From NCBI GenBank assembly GCA_030704615.1, contig CM060733.1, positions 64,790,001-64,854,000 on the forward strand: a stretch of DNA of 64,000 nt. The letters run 5' to 3'. Positions 24,974 through 37,978 of this stretch are shown one piece after another (the first letter of the stretch is position 1; each line of letters starts with the position of its first letter). Position numbers and translations under genes: made by a program. The notes beneath the pieces are model-generated. The model was given only the letters and a program-made list of their open reading frames with translations, searched no databases and was not told the DNA's origin. Source of the DNA: Takakia lepidozioides. Lineage: Eukaryota; Plantae; Bryophyta.

Positions 24974-27900
24974 GTAAATTCTCCTTGCATTCTAAAAGGT
25001 CTATCAGCCTGGAAGACAAATAATAAGAGGACTAAGCTTGATAGTAGCAGGAGTCTCCCGTTTAGTAGCACCTTGCTCTGTTCAATCAACAAGAGTGTCC
25101 GAAACCACCTCGGTGCTATGATGAAAGAGATTGATATATGTGTGCCCTATGATTTCAGACTCAAACGGGACATGCAAGGGCATAGCACAGGCTAGGCCTG
25201 CACCCTTATGCCATTTATAGCTGGGACCCATGCACGACTCAGAATGTGGACACTAGCGTACGTATAGATGACCAGGTGACATGCATATTGCTCAGCAAGG
25301 AACAATTTTCTTCAAAAGAACATATCGCACTCTGTTCTGTTAGTTCTTCCACCCTAAGTCCTGGTCTCGGTGTAGGCTCATATGCTAGGTTAGAAGCGTC
25401 TTGTGGATCTCTTTGAAACAGCTATTGCAATCCTTCCACTGAGGCTGGTCGTGGGGCTTTGCTGGAATGGTTCGGCGTATGAAAAACTAGAGTTGTAACA
25501 GTACAACGAGCTAGCTGTAGCCTCGTGATAAAACATCAACGAGGACCGGTAGAGAGGAAGTGTAGTGTGTTGACATAAGAGAGAAGTATATGAGCTCTTG
25601 CCATCACTGTCTGCCTGGAGTGATAGTGCTGATAAGTTTCTTGTAGCTCCAGTACATAGTATAGAATCTACTAGATGATGTTCGCCCCGTAGCAGTGCAA
25701 TGTATAGAATGTACTCATAAGATGCAGTTTTCCATGGCCTTGTGGCCATAGACCCCGCGCCCAGTTTGGACGGAACGAAAGGGAACAGATACTACCTTTC
25801 TGAGGAGCTCACTCTGGTAGTGTGCGTTACCTTGATAGAGACAATTAGTTTGGGTTTTCCAGATATCCTCTAGAAAGCCCTTCACACAAGCATCAACTTG
25901 CTGTGTGTGAGCTGCCCAGTAATTAGACCCCAACAGGGCCAGGGCCTTAGGCTGAGCCTCAGGTTGGATATTGTCTTCAGGCTGCCCGCACATCGGGCAA
26001 TTACAATGTCCTTGTCCTCTCTGCATCTGTTTATTGTTCAAAGGTAGGCTTCCTGCCCTGATTTTAAATTTCAGTCTTGTGCCGAAGGTAGGTAGGCCCT
26101 TGAGATCATCCTTAAGGTCCTCGCCCATGTCACAGACTGGAGACTAGTTCAGGAAGTTTTATGCCTAACATCATTTTCATCAGACATTCATTTCATTTTC
26201 ATTTTCACCTTTGGGCATCAGACATGGCTTTGGACACAACCCCCTCCAGGTCAGTTTCATCCAGTAGGGTCAATTCTTCTGGACTAATATTCAGATACTT
26301 GTGAAAATCTCTTCTACCCTTTTCTGCCAAGACTTAGCCTGTTTAACAGGACGGGCTTCTTTCCTAGAAATAGCGTCAATTGTCTTGGGGTATCTGGTAT
26401 TGGGCTTGCGATTCTACTGACCTTACCATCTGACCTTGAATTCATCATGTCGAGAGCTTAAGGGAGGTATGCGAAACTTGCCGGAACAGCCACATTAGCT
26501 GTTCTAGAACAAGCTGACATGCTTTCTTTGATCATCATGCCCTGAATGGATTCTAGAGATTTAGCATGGTTTGACTTGTCGACCCACACAGCAGATGCGT
26601 ACTCCAAGGCTGGCCTAATAACGTTGCAAAGCATGGTCCTTTTAACTTCAGTATCAATCCCTCTGCAGTCGAAAAATTAGTGAAACCTAAAGCTTTGCAT
26701 TTAGCTGAGTGAATCATTTTTTGTATATGCGCATCCCACTTACAATTGGAGGAAAACTTAACACCGAGATATATGTAGGAAGGGAGTACAGGGCATCACC
26801 CCATTTCCATTTGAGATCCCTCCACTTTTACTAACGTTATCTTCTAGCCTCCACAGGTCAAAGAACCTCTTCGCACAATCAATCAGCTCCTGGAGATCGG
26901 ATGGGGTATCCCCTAGGCCTGCGAAGTCATCCGCAAACATAAGAGCTGGTATATGGTGGCATCACCCACCTTTAGCCCAAACCCCTTTCCACATTTAAAG
27001 AAGCTGATTATTGAAAAGATTGGAGAGCAGTGGTGCTACACCTTGATCAAATAAAAAAGTCAAACTTCTGCAGGTTGTGGACCATCCTTCAAACACCTTT
27101 CCCCTGACCCCAGAAGACCAAAGCCGGAGCCACAGCCCCTAACGCCGTACGGTGTCGTAAGCCTTTTTGACATCCAGGAAGAAGACAAAGTGGATTTTCC
27201 TTTCTTTTTCCTTCCCTGGATGATCTGGCTTAGAGTGAAGTTATGGTATTGCAGCCCCTATGTCTCCGAAAGCCAGCCTGGCCTTCATGAAAGCCACTCT
27301 AGACTCCAGATCAACCTCCTACAAAATAGCTTGCCAACTGCGCTAAGAAGTGTGATACCACGATAGTTCCCAGGCTCTGCTTTGTCGCCTTTCTTATACA
27401 GGTTGACAATGACTCCCTGCCTCCAACAAAAGGGAATCACTTCAGTCTGCCAAATAATAAAGAGAAGGGTCACCACCATACTTATGTAGCTCATTGACAA
27501 TGCCATCAAGTCCCCCTGCTTTATAGCCACTTAGATTCTTTACAGCTTCCACGACCTCAGAAGAACTAATGGGTGGGCTGTAACCCTTTGAGATATACTC
27601 CAGTTCATCAGGGCTGTCTTGGAATATAGGAACAGTTTTCTGTACTGTGTCCTTCCATTCTTTAGAAGGCCCCTCACTATTAGAGTTAGATTCACGGCCA
27701 AGAAGGCTGTCGTGTGTTTCAAAGGTTTTTGTTGATGTCAACCGTTGAATTCACCACTGCACCCTTATTATTCCTTAAAGCCTGTACTCGCTGGCCATTT
27801 TTGGCTTGTACAAGCGCTGTAAGGCCAACCTTATCATTACCACCAGGGTGGTGCAACTTAATGTCTCGATACAACTTTTCCCAATAAACCTTCTTCTGAG

Positions 27901-30900
27901 CCCTTACAAGCTGGTTAACCTCTTTCCACAATTGGTAGTATCGAGACCACAGCTCTTTGTTGTTTTATACTACAGCAAGTGCCCGGCTCTCAGCAATATT
28001 GAGCTTGATCTCATTGGTCCACCAATCTACTGCTCTACCAGACGATTAGTCTCGTCCCAATGATCTTATCAGCCGCAGAGGTGACGAAACTCTCCCAAGA
28101 ATCCACAGCTCGTTTGACTTTACTTCTAGCATCACCTAAGCAGGAAGAGAGGTCTTGGAGTGATTGGATAAAGTGTGGGAGAGCCTCATGTAAGGTCTGG
28201 ACATATTCTGTCTGGTCCTCTTCCTCTTGGAATTTTTCTATGCGCTACTTTTGGCATTCCGTCCTTAAGCTCCCGACGAGACGAATTCAAGGTCAGATGG
28301 TGGGGTCAGCTGCAACATATGCCCAACACCAGATATCCTAAGTTAATCGACTCTATATCTTGGAAACAGGACCGCCCTGTCAAACAGGCTAAGTCCTGGC
28401 AGAAGAGAGTAGAAGAGATCCTCAAGGACCTGGACCTGGATCCGCAAGTCTTGACCCTGCTGGATAAATCTGACTTAGAGGCTGTAGTGTCCTCAGCCAT
28501 GTCTGTTGCCATGAGATTGTCTGATGAAAATGACGTTAGGCAGAAAACTTCCCTGAACTTGTTTCCAGTCTGTGACATGGGGGAGGACATCTTGGATGAC
28601 CTCAAGGGTCTACCCACTCTCGGCACTAGACTGAAATTTAAACTCAGGGCAGGAAGCCTACCTTTGAACAGCAAACAGAAGCAGAGAGGAAAGGGAGAGT
28701 GCAATTGCCCGTTGTGTGGGCAATCTGAAGACAGTATTCATTTTCTGATACACTGTCCGGGGTTCTCTCACCAAAGAGACGCTCTCTTCAAATCTATTAA
28801 GGGAATTGTGCCTGTACCCCTGTTTACCAACTTGAAAGTCTCGAGGCTGAGCCAAAAGCCCAGGCCCTCTTGATCTCAGTCCAGACAAGAAAGTGGTCAG
28901 AAGGACCAATATTTGGCACACTGGGGAACAACTCCTTATCCACTACGAGATAATCCACAATGGACAGTTCCTCAGTTTGGGCTTTTTCATGAGTCCACTG
29001 CAAAGGGTCTTTTATGGACCTATTGGTCAAGGTCAAAAGTTCTACCAGCAAATTGAAAAGTCTTTTTCCATTGGAATTCTGCTCATCCTCACCAAAAGCC
29101 CTGTGACAGCATCTTGTTGTAGACCGGTGCCCACCCGGCTATTAAAGTCACCTAACAAGACTACATGGCCTTTGGTGAGGAACTTAGCACAGTCCAGCTT
29201 GATTTCTTCGAAGGCTTTATCTGGGTCAACTGTAAGGGTTCCCTTGGTAGGCATGGAGACAAAACCCACAAAGTGGTCCCTAGCCCTCACGCCGCCCTTC
29301 AATTTAGTCTCAGCCAGATACCATGTTCATTCCGAAGTTCCTTGCTGATACGTTCACAATTATCACACAAGAAATCACGGACAGAGAATCCAAAACTTTT
29401 CTGATCACTCTTTGCAGAGGCCGCCTTGAGGGCACACATCTTACTGAACCATTTATAGCCAATGACGTCCCCATCCAGGGTTTTCCCATGTCTCCTGCCC
29501 AGCGCAAATGTGAATGCCATTTGCTTGAAGAACTTGTCCCACTTCAAATTGTTTCCCTTGGTTAGTTAGCCCAGAGAGGCTAAAGGTGCCCAGCCGCAGA
29601 CCAGCTTTATGCATAAGATTTGTCAGACGTCTAGGTGGCTTTTGAATGCTCCTGGACATCCTGCAATTCTGTATTTGTGGGTTTGTTTAATTGCATGTAA
29701 GCTTTGATCGTTGCGTGTAGTTTTGAGGATTGGCATGCCATTGAGCATGCCATATTCATTTACACGTTGATCACTCCCTGCACGCGAAGACATGTCTGCT
29801 TCTTCTGGGGCAACCTCTTCCAGGGCTTCAAACTTTCAGTTTACGGTCCCGATCCTTGACTGTCTTCCCTGAGCGCCTCATTGAATTACCAATGTCTAAG
29901 ATCACTCTCAACCAGTCAAGGGTCAAACTTCTCTGAGATTGATTTGAAGTGAATCTCTACTTGTACATAGTACAGAGAGATTGTACTCATAAGACGTTGT
30001 TTGCCGTAGCCTTGTGGCCATTGACCCCGCGCCCAGTTTGAGCGGGAACAAAAGGGACAGAACCTACCTCTGTCAGGGGCTGACGTTGGTAGTAAGACTT
30101 ACCTCCATATAAAGAATTAATCCGGGTTTTCCAGATATCCTCTAGAAATCCCTTCACACAAGCATCAATCTGCTGTGCGTGATTTGCCCAAAAACTAGGC
30201 CTCAGGAGGGCCTGGGCTTTTGGCTCAGCCTCGAGACTTTCAAAGTTGGTAAACAGGGGTACAGGCACAATTCCCTTAATAGATTTGAAGAGAGCGTCTC
30301 TTTGGTGAGAGAACCACGGACAGTGTATCAGAAAATGACTACTGTCTTCAGATTGCCCACACAACGGGCAATTGCACTCTCCCTTTCCTCTCTGCTTCTG
30401 TTTGCTGTTCAAAGGTAGGCTTCCTGCCCTGAGTTTAAATTTCAGTCTAGTGCCGAGAGTGGGTAGACCCTTGAGGTCATCCAAGATGTCCTCCCCCATG
30501 TCACAGACTGGAAACAAGTTCAGGGAAGTTTTCTGCCTAACGTCATTTTCATCAGACAATCTCATGGCAACAGACATGGCTGAGGACACTACAGCCTCTA
30601 AGTCAGATTTATCCAGCAGGGTCAAGACTTGCGGATCCAGGTCCAGGTCCTTGAGGATCTCTTCTACTCTCTTCTGCCAGGACTTAGCCTGTTTGACAGG
30701 GCGGTCCTGTTTCCAAGATATAGAGTCGATTAACTTAGGATATCTGGTGTTGGGCATATGTTGCAGCTGACCCCACCATCTGACCTTGAATTCATCTCGT
30801 CGGGAGCTTAAGGACAGAATGCCAAACTCACCCCGAACAGCCACATTGGCTGTTTTGGAGCATGCTGACATACACTCCTTAAGCACCCCCACTTGAATGG

Positions 30901-33900
30901 ATTCTAGAGACTTAGCCTGGTTGGAGTTATCAACCCATATAGCAGATCCGTACTCCAAGGCAGGTCTAATAACGCGACAAAGCATGGTTTTCTTAACCTC
31001 AGAGTTGACCCCTCTGCAGTGGAAAAATTTAGTGAGCCCCAGAGCTTTGCCCTTGCCAGTTTGAACAACTTTCCGGATATGTGCATCCCAATTACAATTG
31101 GAGGAGAACTCAACGCCCAGGTAAGTGTAGGAAGGGAGGACCGGGATCTCTTGGCTACCCCACTGCCACTTAAGATCACTTCCTCCCTCTCCTCTGTCGT
31201 TGATGTGGACAACTCTCCACATCTTTCCCTTGATCCCACAAGACCAGAGGCGGAACCATAGGCCATCTCTCCACAAGCCTTTTTGACATCCAGGAAAAAG
31301 ACATAAGTGGGTTTCCCTTCTTTTTTCCTTCCCTGGATAATCTGGCTTAGAGTGAAGATATGATCCACACAGCCCCTGTTTCGCCGAAAGCCAGCTTGGC
31401 CTTCGTGGAAACAACCTCTAGACTCCAGATCAACCTCGAGACGAGTACTTATAACTCTGCAGAATGTCTTGCCAACAGCATTGAGGAGCGTGATGCCACG
31501 GTAGTTCCCCGGTTCTTCTCTGTCACCCTTCTTGTATAGATTGACAATGACCCCCTGTCGCCAGCGAAAGGGGATCATTTCAGTCTTCCAGATAAGGTTA
31601 AAGAGGAGAACTAGGGCCTCTATCATGGGATCGCCACCGTGCTTGATAAGCTCGTTGACAATACCATCAGGTCCACCAGCTTTATATCCATTTAAATGTT
31701 CAATTGCTTCCACAATCTCAGAAGAACTAATGGGAGCATTATAAGCCATTGAAATATACTCCAGTTCATCAGGGCTGTTGTGAATCATAGGAACAGTTTT
31801 TCCAACTGTGTCCCTCTCAGCAGAAGACCCCTCACTGTTAGACCTAGAAGTTCTGCCAAGGATACTGTAGTGAGTTTCAAAGGTTTTGACAATGTCAACC
31901 GATGAAGTCACCACTGCACCTTTAGTAGTCTTCAGCGCTTGTACTTGCTGACCGTTTTTCGGTTTGTACAAACGTTGAAGGGCCAACCAGAATTTCTTGT
32001 CATTACCACCATGGTGGTTTGAGTTTATTTCACTGTATAACTTGTCCCAGTATAATTTCTTCTGAGACCTAACAAGCTGATTGATATCTTTACGGAGCTG
32101 GTAGTAACCTCGCCCACAATTCTCTGTTGGTTTCCAAATTGCAGCACTCTTTATAAAGGGCTCGTCTCTCAGCTATCTTGAGTTTAATCTCATTAGTCCA
32201 CCAATTAACTGCTCTACCGCAGACAATTAGTTTCCTCCCAATGATCTTGTCAGCCACGGAGGAAATGAAACTCTTCCAAGAGTCCACTGCTCTTTCGACT
32301 TCATTTCTTGCGTTAACAGAGCGTGACTGAAGGTCTTGGAGCGATTGGACAAAATGAGGGAGAGCCTCTTGCAAGGCCTGGACGTACTCGGCCTTGACCT
32401 CCTCATTGTGGAATTTTTCTATGTGCCACTTCCGAATCGAACGTTTCACAGATCTCTTGGTGGTGGGAAAACACCTTTTGATCTCAGTCCAAACCAGGAA
32501 GTGGTCAGAGGTACCAATATCAGTTCTGTCGATCAACACATTGGCACACTGGGGGAACAAAATTTTGTCCATTATGATATAGTCCACAATGGAACGTTCC
32601 CCAGTTTGGGGTTTCTCACGAGTCCATTGCACTTGCTCACCTCTTGTCCTGTTATTCAAGGTCAAAAGCTGAAGCTCTTCTAGACAGTTAATTAACCGTC
32701 TGCCATTAGAATTCAGCTCGTCCTCACCAAAAGGTCCAATGATATCGTCCTGATGGATCCCTTTGCCCACCCGGGCATTGAAGTCCCCCAATAGTACCAC
32801 CTGACCTTTGGCAAGGAACGAAGCACAGTCCAGCTTTACATCTTCGAAGGCCTTGTCTGCATCAGCACTAAGGGTCCCCTCTGTGGGCATGTAAACACAA
32901 CCAACAAAGAGGTCCTTTGTACAGAGAGAGACTGAGAGAGAGCTGAACATATATGTACACACGGGAGAAAGTGACAAAGAGGACAATGGGAGTGAAGGTC
33001 CATGGATGCAATAAGCTGGCGAGCAGGCATGTGCGATTAGAGCTTGCAGAGGCCCGAGCGGTGCCCCGCTGTGATATATGCGAGAATGCTCCAGGTAATA
33101 CTTTCTTCCTTCGTCACTCACTTGTACATCCATACCAGAGGATATTTTGAAAATTGGAAGTACGAATGGAACTAATTCAGGTTGGGAAAGTCCTATACAA
33201 CAAAGCCTGCATGGAAGCAATATCTATAGCATCCGGATCAATTTCGAGTAGAAGCCAAAGCCTGATGTTTGTTCATTGAATTATTCACAGTTACTCTCTC
33301 ATTTCAATTCTTCTTTTGCTGTGATTCATATTAAGGTGAATTTGACTTGGTAAGCAAATGAGGCAGTATCTCCAGATGCGCTGCATGTATTAGGTTGTCA
33401 TTTTTTGACCAGGCACATGAATGGGTCCAGTTGTACATGTCGAGAATGTTGAGGCATATTTAGACAAGCATGAACTCGTCAGATCATGCCAGATCTCTAG
33501 TTGCCTGATATCTATTATCATCTGTTGCTCTGTAGTACAGGCACATTAACATTGGGCTAAAGAATGAATGTCGAGGATGTCTTCTCATCAGGCTCCAACT
33601 TGTGAGTACTTAAAAGTAATTGAGATTAGCCCATTGTCAATGGTCTCTTTTATTCTGAAGAGCATGCATTTAAGTTTGTCATGGGGCTGTTGACAAATAA
33701 CACACTTGAAAGTCAAGTGGCTTACACAAAAGAGGTTTAATGTGGCAGCATTTTTCTACTGTGGGATCGATGGGACGTCCCTTTGTCTGCAGTGCGACAT
33801 GGATGTGCATATTGGTGGGAAAAAGACACATGAGCGGTACCTTTTGATGGGCCAGAGAGTGGAGGCAAGAATTTCCTCTATCAAATGCTTGTGAATTTTA

Positions 33901-35426
33901 TATCGGGTGGTGTTACTGGACTATCATTATCATGTCTCTAAATCTTCAATTCTATCAGGAACGACTAATGCAAGAATCAGTCATTAACTTTTTATCAGTA
34001 TTAGAAGGATCCCAATATTTACGGAAGTTACATCATTGAGAATTTGACTGGATATCTCTTGTGTGGGTGATTTGACTGTATATCTCTAACAGAGATATAA
34101 ATTTCACTGAATTTTGATAATATGAGTTTAGTAGTTATCCATGACAGCTAGGACTTCTGAGTATTCTGTTTGATAAGTATACAGGATTTAGTGTGCTTTT
34201 TAGTACTGCATCATAATCATGTATAGTAATTGTTTATGCTTAGATTGAGAATTCTTGTGGATCCTCTAGTTTTCTTTGGTTTTCTATGATGGTCCGTCTC
34301 CTATGGATTGATCATTGGAAGCAAATTCACGTCCTATTGCATCTTTCTTAGATTAAACATTGGAAACATATGCAACATAATATACAACAAAGCATTGAAT
34401 CGGTCTACTCTATACTGCCTGAGAAGGAGAAGACCAATATAGACCTCAAGTGATTAACAGAACAGCTTGTACACCATAAATAGATCATGAAGCATGGCAT
34501 GGAGCTGCTGAAATCTATACTCTAGACTTGCCCTGATATGGGTTCCTTCCTATGTGCAGCTTCCTTCAAGAAAGCAGAAACCCGAGGAGGCTGCCCCTGC
34601 TGACAAGGCCACAGGGGATCCCAACACTGCAACTAAAGATCTAAATCGGCAACAAAATGACCAACACCAACACCATCACCATCACCATAACCACCATCAC
34701 CACCACCACCACCATCATGACCAAGAAAACAAAGTGGGGGGCAGCATCCCCATGTCAAGTGGTGAATGGAATAACAGCAATGCACCAGCAGTTGCAATTG
34801 CTGTTGGTGATGACAAGCCCATGTTGCTGGATGACCATCAGCCTGCATCACGAATGATTGACCTTAACTCCCGCCCTAAGCACTTGCAGACCCAAGCTCC
34901 CTGCCCTGACAAGGTTTGTATTGATCAGCAACCTTGAAATCCTGGTGGAATAAATGTGACTTTGGATTTCCAACTTACGATGTGCTTGTTGAAGATCTAG
35001 TAGGCAGGCATTGGGCTTGTTTGAGATTCTTGTCGAATAAGCAGCTTTACTGCGATACCATGATCAAACAAAGTTGGCTCCCAAGAATTTCGCGGAGTGG
35101 GGCTCATAGGTGTGGAGAGATGTGTGTGTCACATGGCGCTCTGACAGGGATAGGGAGGGAGGATTTTTGGCTTCTTCCCTTGGCTTTGCTGAGGTGCTTT
35201 GTGAAGAGTTTGTTTGTGAATTTGGATCTGGGGTCTTACCCTTCCTGTTGACTTTTTGCAAATGTACTATTGTGCATCTCCTTAAGTTGTAGGCCTTTGC
35301 ATTTTGCATGTGTGGGGGACTGTACAGGACAATGGAGACAGAGAGGCTATGTCAAGCAGTGACAACGAATGTGCCGGTGTGGTGCCAGATCTGACTCCCA
35401 GGGCAATAGAAATGGCTACTGAATAG
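24881..35426 (+). CDS. BBX19: B-box zinc finger protein, group IV (BBX18/BBX19-like), 252 aa; exons 24881-24973, 32998-33094, 33749-33864, 34560-34913, 35328-35426
   Basis: Spliced [34 protein letters not shown]|[22 protein letters not shown]|[39 protein letters not shown]|[13 protein letters not shown]..|..GVVPDL..*. Two B-boxes, no CCT domain, EAR-like DLNxxP, VP motif. Exon phases are consistent (759 nt). Confidence 0.9.
25703..29700 (-). mobile_element. Older degenerate LINE (APE + RT + C-terminal zinc finger; RTEX/L2-like) in BBX intron 1
   Basis: APE start ([27 protein letters not shown]), RT ([15 protein letters not shown] at ~26930), C-terminal CPMC; stop at 25715; many indels. 5' end approximate. 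Confidence 0.88.
28251..28868 (+). mobile_element. Inverted ~620-bp internal fragment of the young LINE, inside the old LINE
   Basis: Near-identical to the reverse complement of ~30206-30824. Confidence 0.9.
29981..32918 (-). mobile_element. Young 5'-truncated LINE (RTEX/L2-like), 11-bp TSD GTACAGAGAGA, RT core deleted
   Basis: TSD at 29970-29980 and 32919-32929. APE ([20 protein letters not shown]), RT N-part ([15 protein letters not shown]), C-terminal CPLC..HFLIHC. Jumps from MWRVV to HINDR, lacking the QG and FADD motifs. Confidence 0.92.
32998..33094 (+). CDS. BBX19: BBX exon 2
   Basis: AAG|GTCCAT..CCAG|GTAATA; [13 protein letters not shown]. Confidence 0.9.
33749..33864 (+). CDS. BBX19: BBX exon 3
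   Basis: CAG|CATTT..GAG|GCAAGA (GC donor); B-box 2. Confidence 0.88.
34560..34913 (+). CDS. BBX19: BBX exon 4
   Basis: TGCAG|CTTCCT..AAG|GTTTGT; poly-His tract and MIDLN motif. Confidence 0.82.
35328..35426 (+). CDS. BBX19: BBX exon 5
   Basis: TACAG|GACAAT..GAATAG; in frame; contains VVPDL. Confidence 0.72.
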   Translation, partial: DNGDREAMSSSDNECAGVVPDLTPRAIEMATE

Positions 35427-36411
35427 CTTGTTCTCGTTGATGGTGAGGTTGAGCCCTGTGCCTTAGAACAATGACATTGAAGAAGGGCCTAATCTGAGAC
35501 CCTCGTACAGTATTTACTTGCCAATCAGTATAAAACATTTCTAGTGCAGTACTAACATGAATGTGAGTTCATATGTTAGGTTCCTCTTCCATCATAATGA
35601 TCAATGGCTGGAATAGAAAGTTGTTGCCAGTTACTTTGATAATACTCTCCTGCTGCTAGCTGCCTTGTCACTGGCAGTGGACGTCCATCACAATGGTCAA
35701 TTTCTGAACTTGAAAGTTGCTTGCTACTTTCTGTAGCACCTCTTCTCTTTCCTGCTGCTGGCTTGTGAGATTGGCTCATGGCTGTGAGATTGACAGTTTC
35801 ATTTGAGATACTCACTCTAGTAGGTTTTTGAGGTCTGCAAGGCCATCTGTTGAACTGTGGGTAATGTTTTCTATCCTGAAATAGTCCTATGTTGAGCTTA
35901 GAATTATCGGCCATGAGCTTAAGCGCCTTATGTAACTACTCTAAGGCTGACAAGTCAACTGTCTCTCATCATGAAACGTCAATGGAGTTGCATATAAAGG
36001 ATGGACACACTTTCTAGTGGTGCGAATGCCTGCCCATTAGGTGAGTACTAAGGCTGATGAATTAATTTTCTCCAGTAAAAAGTCAATAGTCTTACCCATG
36101 GACACTTTCTAGTGTTGGGAATGCTTGCTTGCATTTTAGTGTGGTAAAGATAAAAGGGAGATAAAAACAAGCTCGACGCGTATAGATATGTTCCCCCTTT
36201 TTTTGATTAATAAAATTCCCCAGGGCCCTTGTCCCCTGTTCTGAAAAAAAAAAGAAAAAAAAGAAATGTTAATATCAAATAATATAAGTAGGTAATTTGA
36301 AAGCAATATATACAAGTTTTTGGTCTGTCCACCATGTCTTTTTTAATACTAGATAAGTAATGTCGGTGAGACACATTTGACTAGTTGAGAGCCATAAATC
36401 GTAGTACTTAC

Positions 36412-37585
36412 ATTTTTTATTTTATTTCTATAGAGAAGAGGGACAGAGGCCCTGGCAGCTTTATTTAATAAAAATGGACAGTACAGAAAGGAGGAAAAAA
36501 TAACCTCCCGGGGGACTGTAAAAGCGTATCGCATGGGGAACACCCAGAACCTAGAGGAAAGGGGGAGAAAAGAGGTAAGGAGCCAAAACTAAGTCCGGGG
36601 GGCGAAGCATACTAACAAACGAGAACCGAAGAAAGGGAATCGGCAGGAGGCACTGCGCACCTAACTACCATGCCACAAGGGCGAAGAGACCAGAAAGAGA
36701 ACACATCTGAACATGAGGCTAAGCACTAGCACCACATCACACAACTCAGAGACCGAAGTCGAGCTGGACTTTAGACTTGGAGACGCGCAACTTCTGATGG
36801 CGCCAGTTGGCATCTGAGTCAGCAGGCGACTTGCCATTCCCGTGGGAGGACACCATGCCAAGAAACTCGAGAGTCAGAGATCCTGGTGCAGAGGAGGTTG
36901 AATTTGGCCCAGGTGAGATCAAATTCCGCGAAAAGCTGGCGACGCCTTCTCTCACCACACCTGCTGGAAGCTGAGAGCAGGGACACCCACGTCTTATGCC
37001 CCTCAGTCATCAGATTAGAGAATAGCTTAAAAAGAACTAATCTGATGTTAGGGCGCTTCCCCTCAAACAGCAAGCTACATCTAGCCTTCCACAAACTCCA
37101 GAGAGTATGAGCTCTGCGACAAGCCCAGATTGGGCATTTGTTCCAAATGGAACCATTATGCAAGTTGAGCAACAGAAGGGGGAGGTGATAAATTTGGCAG
37201 CTGTTTCCAATGAGAGTAATAGGCCGACACAAGCTGCCAAGCCTTAGCAGAAAGATGACAGCCAACCAGTCCATGCTCAATAGTTTCATGAATGTTGTTG
37301 TTGCAGATCTTGCAGAAAGGTCTTGGTCTGGGAAGGAGACAGCCATCGGAAGAATCCTATTAGCAAGCTTCCAAGAAAAGCACTAATTTTGGCAGAGCGT
37401 TGCTTGATCCAAATATCCTTCCACACACAATTCCAGCCTGGGAGTTGCAGGTTTAAACTCCACTTGCGATTCCATTTGGCAGAGAAGCCCAAGCAGCATT
37501 CTGTAGCCCGATCTGACTGAGTTCTGTAGTGGATCAGATGAAAGCCACCTAGAATTTCATACAAATGGTTTGTCAAGGTTTTGGT
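36412..37585 (-). mobile_element. L1-clade LINE 3' fragment (zf-RVT region, 3' UTR, A-rich tail)
   Basis: WKDIWIKQRSAKISAFL and LWSLWKARCSLLFEG motifs; tail AAATAAAATAAAAAA on the minus strand. Confidence 0.7.
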
Positions 37586-37978
37586 CATGGTTAGCTAGAA
37601 TTACCTATTTGTAGTCAACTAAGACATTTTGGATATTCACATTAGTATTTTGTGTGTTGGGACTTCATTTGGTCTCATATGACATGAGGATGGGTTTTCT
37701 CCTTGTGAGGATTGAGGCTCGGCTCATCTTCTTGTAGTGAGCCACCATGAGTCTTTCTCACCTCCATAGCTATAGGTATTGAGAGAGAGTGTATAGAGGG
37801 CTTTGTAGGGTGGATTCTTTTAGCAAAAGTGTCTGTGGCTTGATTTAGTTTATGTGATTGAGTGGATTTTCACTTGGTAGAGTGTGCCATTGTGTTTTCA
37901 TTTTTATTATCATTGTGGCATAGCTTTATAGGATGGCATGTTAGGAAGTGTGGTTAGACAGCGATGTGGGTTGTGACA
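37585..37978 (-). repeat. Old solo-LTR-like repeat related to 22675-23260
   Basis: TGTCAC..CATGAC termini and shared blocks with 22675-23260; no clear TSD. Confidence 0.45.

Noticed and set aside
32090-33220. 376-aa ORF as a full LINE protein or host fusion
   Set aside because: The TSD puts the LINE end at 32918; the N-terminal ~100 aa is chance read-through antisense to BBX exon 2.
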